Assembly (NCBI RefSeq): GCF_014857065.1
Contig: NZ_CP046533.1
Coordinates: 450,001-482,000, forward strand
Source: Candidatus Saccharimonadota bacterium
Lineage (GTDB): Bacteria; Pseudomonadota; Gammaproteobacteria; Enterobacterales; Enterobacteriaceae
Direction: 5' to 3'
DNA: 32,000 bases
Shown here in pieces: positions 30,863 to 32,000 of the stretch. Within the stretch, counting starts at the first letter, position 1; every line of letters starts with the position of its first letter. A program made the position numbers and the translations under genes. Below the pieces are notes generated by a model that did not search any database, was not told the origin of the DNA, and was given only the letters and a program-made list of their open reading frames with translations.

Positions 30863-32000
30863 TTACCATAAATTATTAATCTTAAATTTATCAAGAATAT
30901 TTTTAAATTCACCTTTCACAATGTCATCATAAATCCCAGTTTCATTAACGTATTTCATAATTTCTAATTGTTCACACGATATGTAAGTCATTAATGTACT
31001 TTCAAAAGTATTGATCTTATGAAGATCTACATCTTCTAAATAACCATGTACAACTGCAAATAGCAATAAAGCTTGCTGCGCAATAGACATTGGTGCGTAT
31101 TGTTTTTGTTTTAATAATTCAATAATTTTTTGCCCATGTCTTAATTGTTTAAACGTATTTTCATCCAATTCAGATGCAAATTGAGAAAATGCTTCTAACT
31201 CACGATATTGAGCTAAAGATGTACGAATACCACCAGATAACTGTTTTATAATATCAGTTTGTGCAGCACCACCTACTCTAGACACAGAAATACCTGGATT
31301 AACTGCAGGACGAATACCAGCATTAAATAAATTAGACTCTAAAAAAATTTGACCATCTGTAATAGAAATAACATTAGTTGGAACAAAAGCAGATATATCA
31401 CCAGCTTGAGTTTCAATAATAGGCAATGCAGTTAAAGACCCAGTTTTTCCTTTAATTTTCCCGTTGCTACAAAATTCAACAAAATTGGAATTAACCCTTG
31501 CTGCTCGTTCTAATAAACGAGAATGTAAATAAAAAATATCACCAGGATAAGCTTCACGTCCCGGTGGACGTTTTAATAACAAAGATATCTGACGATATGC
31601 TACAGCTTGTTTGGAAAGATCATCATAAACAATCAAAGCATCTTCACCGCGATCCCTGAAATACTCACCCATCGCACATCCAGAATATGGAGATAAATAT
31701 TGCAATGCAGCAGTTTCTCCTGCTGAAGCCACTACTACGATAGTATTTGACAACGCATCTAATTCTTCTAATACATTCACAATTTTAGTTACAGTAGAAA
31801 GTTTTTGACCAATAGCAACATAAATACATTTCACTCCACTATTACGTTGATTAAGTATAGTATCTATAGCCAACGTAGATTTACCTGTCTGACGGTCACC
31901 TATAATTAATTCGCGTTGACCGCGACCTATAGGAATCATAGCATCAACAGATTTATAACCAGTTTGTATCGGTTCAGAAACAGATTGACGTTCTATAACA
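30863..32000 (-). CDS. atpA: F1 ATP synthase alpha subunit (5' end truncated by the window edge)
   Basis: The reading frame stays open upstream of the track's internal Met: the reverse complement of 31940-32000 reads ..[42 protein letters not shown] (Walker A). The rest is near-identical to E. coli AtpA. The N-terminal ~135 codons lie beyond position 32000. Confidence 0.98.
   Translation of the reverse strand, partial: VIERQSVSEPIQTGYKSVDAMIPIGRGQRELIIGDRQTGKSTLAIDTILNQRNSGVKCIYVAIGQKLSTVTKIVNVLEELDALSNTIVVVASAGETAALQYLSPYSGCAMGEYFRDRGEDALIVYDDLSKQAVAYRQISLLLKRPPGREAYPGDIFYLHSRLLERAARVNSNFVEFCSNGKIKGKTGSLTALPIIETQAGDISAFVPTNVISITDGQIFLESNLFNAGIRPAVNPGISVSRVGGAAQTDIIKQLSGGIRTSLAQYRELEAFSQFASELDENTFKQLRHGQKIIELLKQKQYAPMSIAQQALLLFAVVHGYLEDVDLHKINTFESTLMTYISCEQLEIMKYVNETGIYDDIVKGEFKNILDKFKINNLW

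Overview
This window is an extremely AT-rich, gene-dense housekeeping segment. Hand counts of sample lines give about 15% G+C in spacers and 22-28% in genes. Gene content is enterobacterial and local synteny is E. coli-like, which fits a reduced-genome, Enterobacterales-derived obligate (probably insect) endosymbiont. I cannot name the species from sequence alone.

I support 27 protein genes. In window order they are yjcE-like antiporter, ssb, dnaB, zur, ubiA, pitA, prlC, sodA, glyS, glyQ, an AI-2E/UPF0118 permease, ibpA, gyrB, dnaN, dnaA, rpmH (not in the ORF track), rnpA, yidD, yidC, mnmE, glmU, atpC, atpD, atpG and a 5'-truncated atpA. All read in the standard code, with TGA used as a stop.

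By eye I see no rRNA, tRNA, IS element, prophage, CRISPR array, tandem repeat array, toxin-antitoxin gene or defence-like gene. Every long ORF that is not a shadow of a conserved gene belongs to a well-known family. I therefore find no convincing undescribed multi-gene system, and this looks like an ordinary core region.

The observations worth a second look are non-coding or evolutionary:
- A perfect 38-bp palindrome lies in the divergent ubiA/pitA spacer.
- Several other perfect inverted repeats are statistically unexpected. They include a 23-bp GC-containing hairpin between sodA and glyS, and a hairpin embedded in the prlC 3' end that could serve both convergent genes.
- A probable eroded ibpB relic lies directly downstream of ibpA.
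- recF, ubiC, glmS and uvrA are missing from their canonical positions.
- dnaA is retained with a GTG start and upstream DnaA-box-like 9-mers.
- Zur is retained with its Cys/His ligands intact.
- Many intact A/T homopolymers of 8-9 nt lie inside genes.
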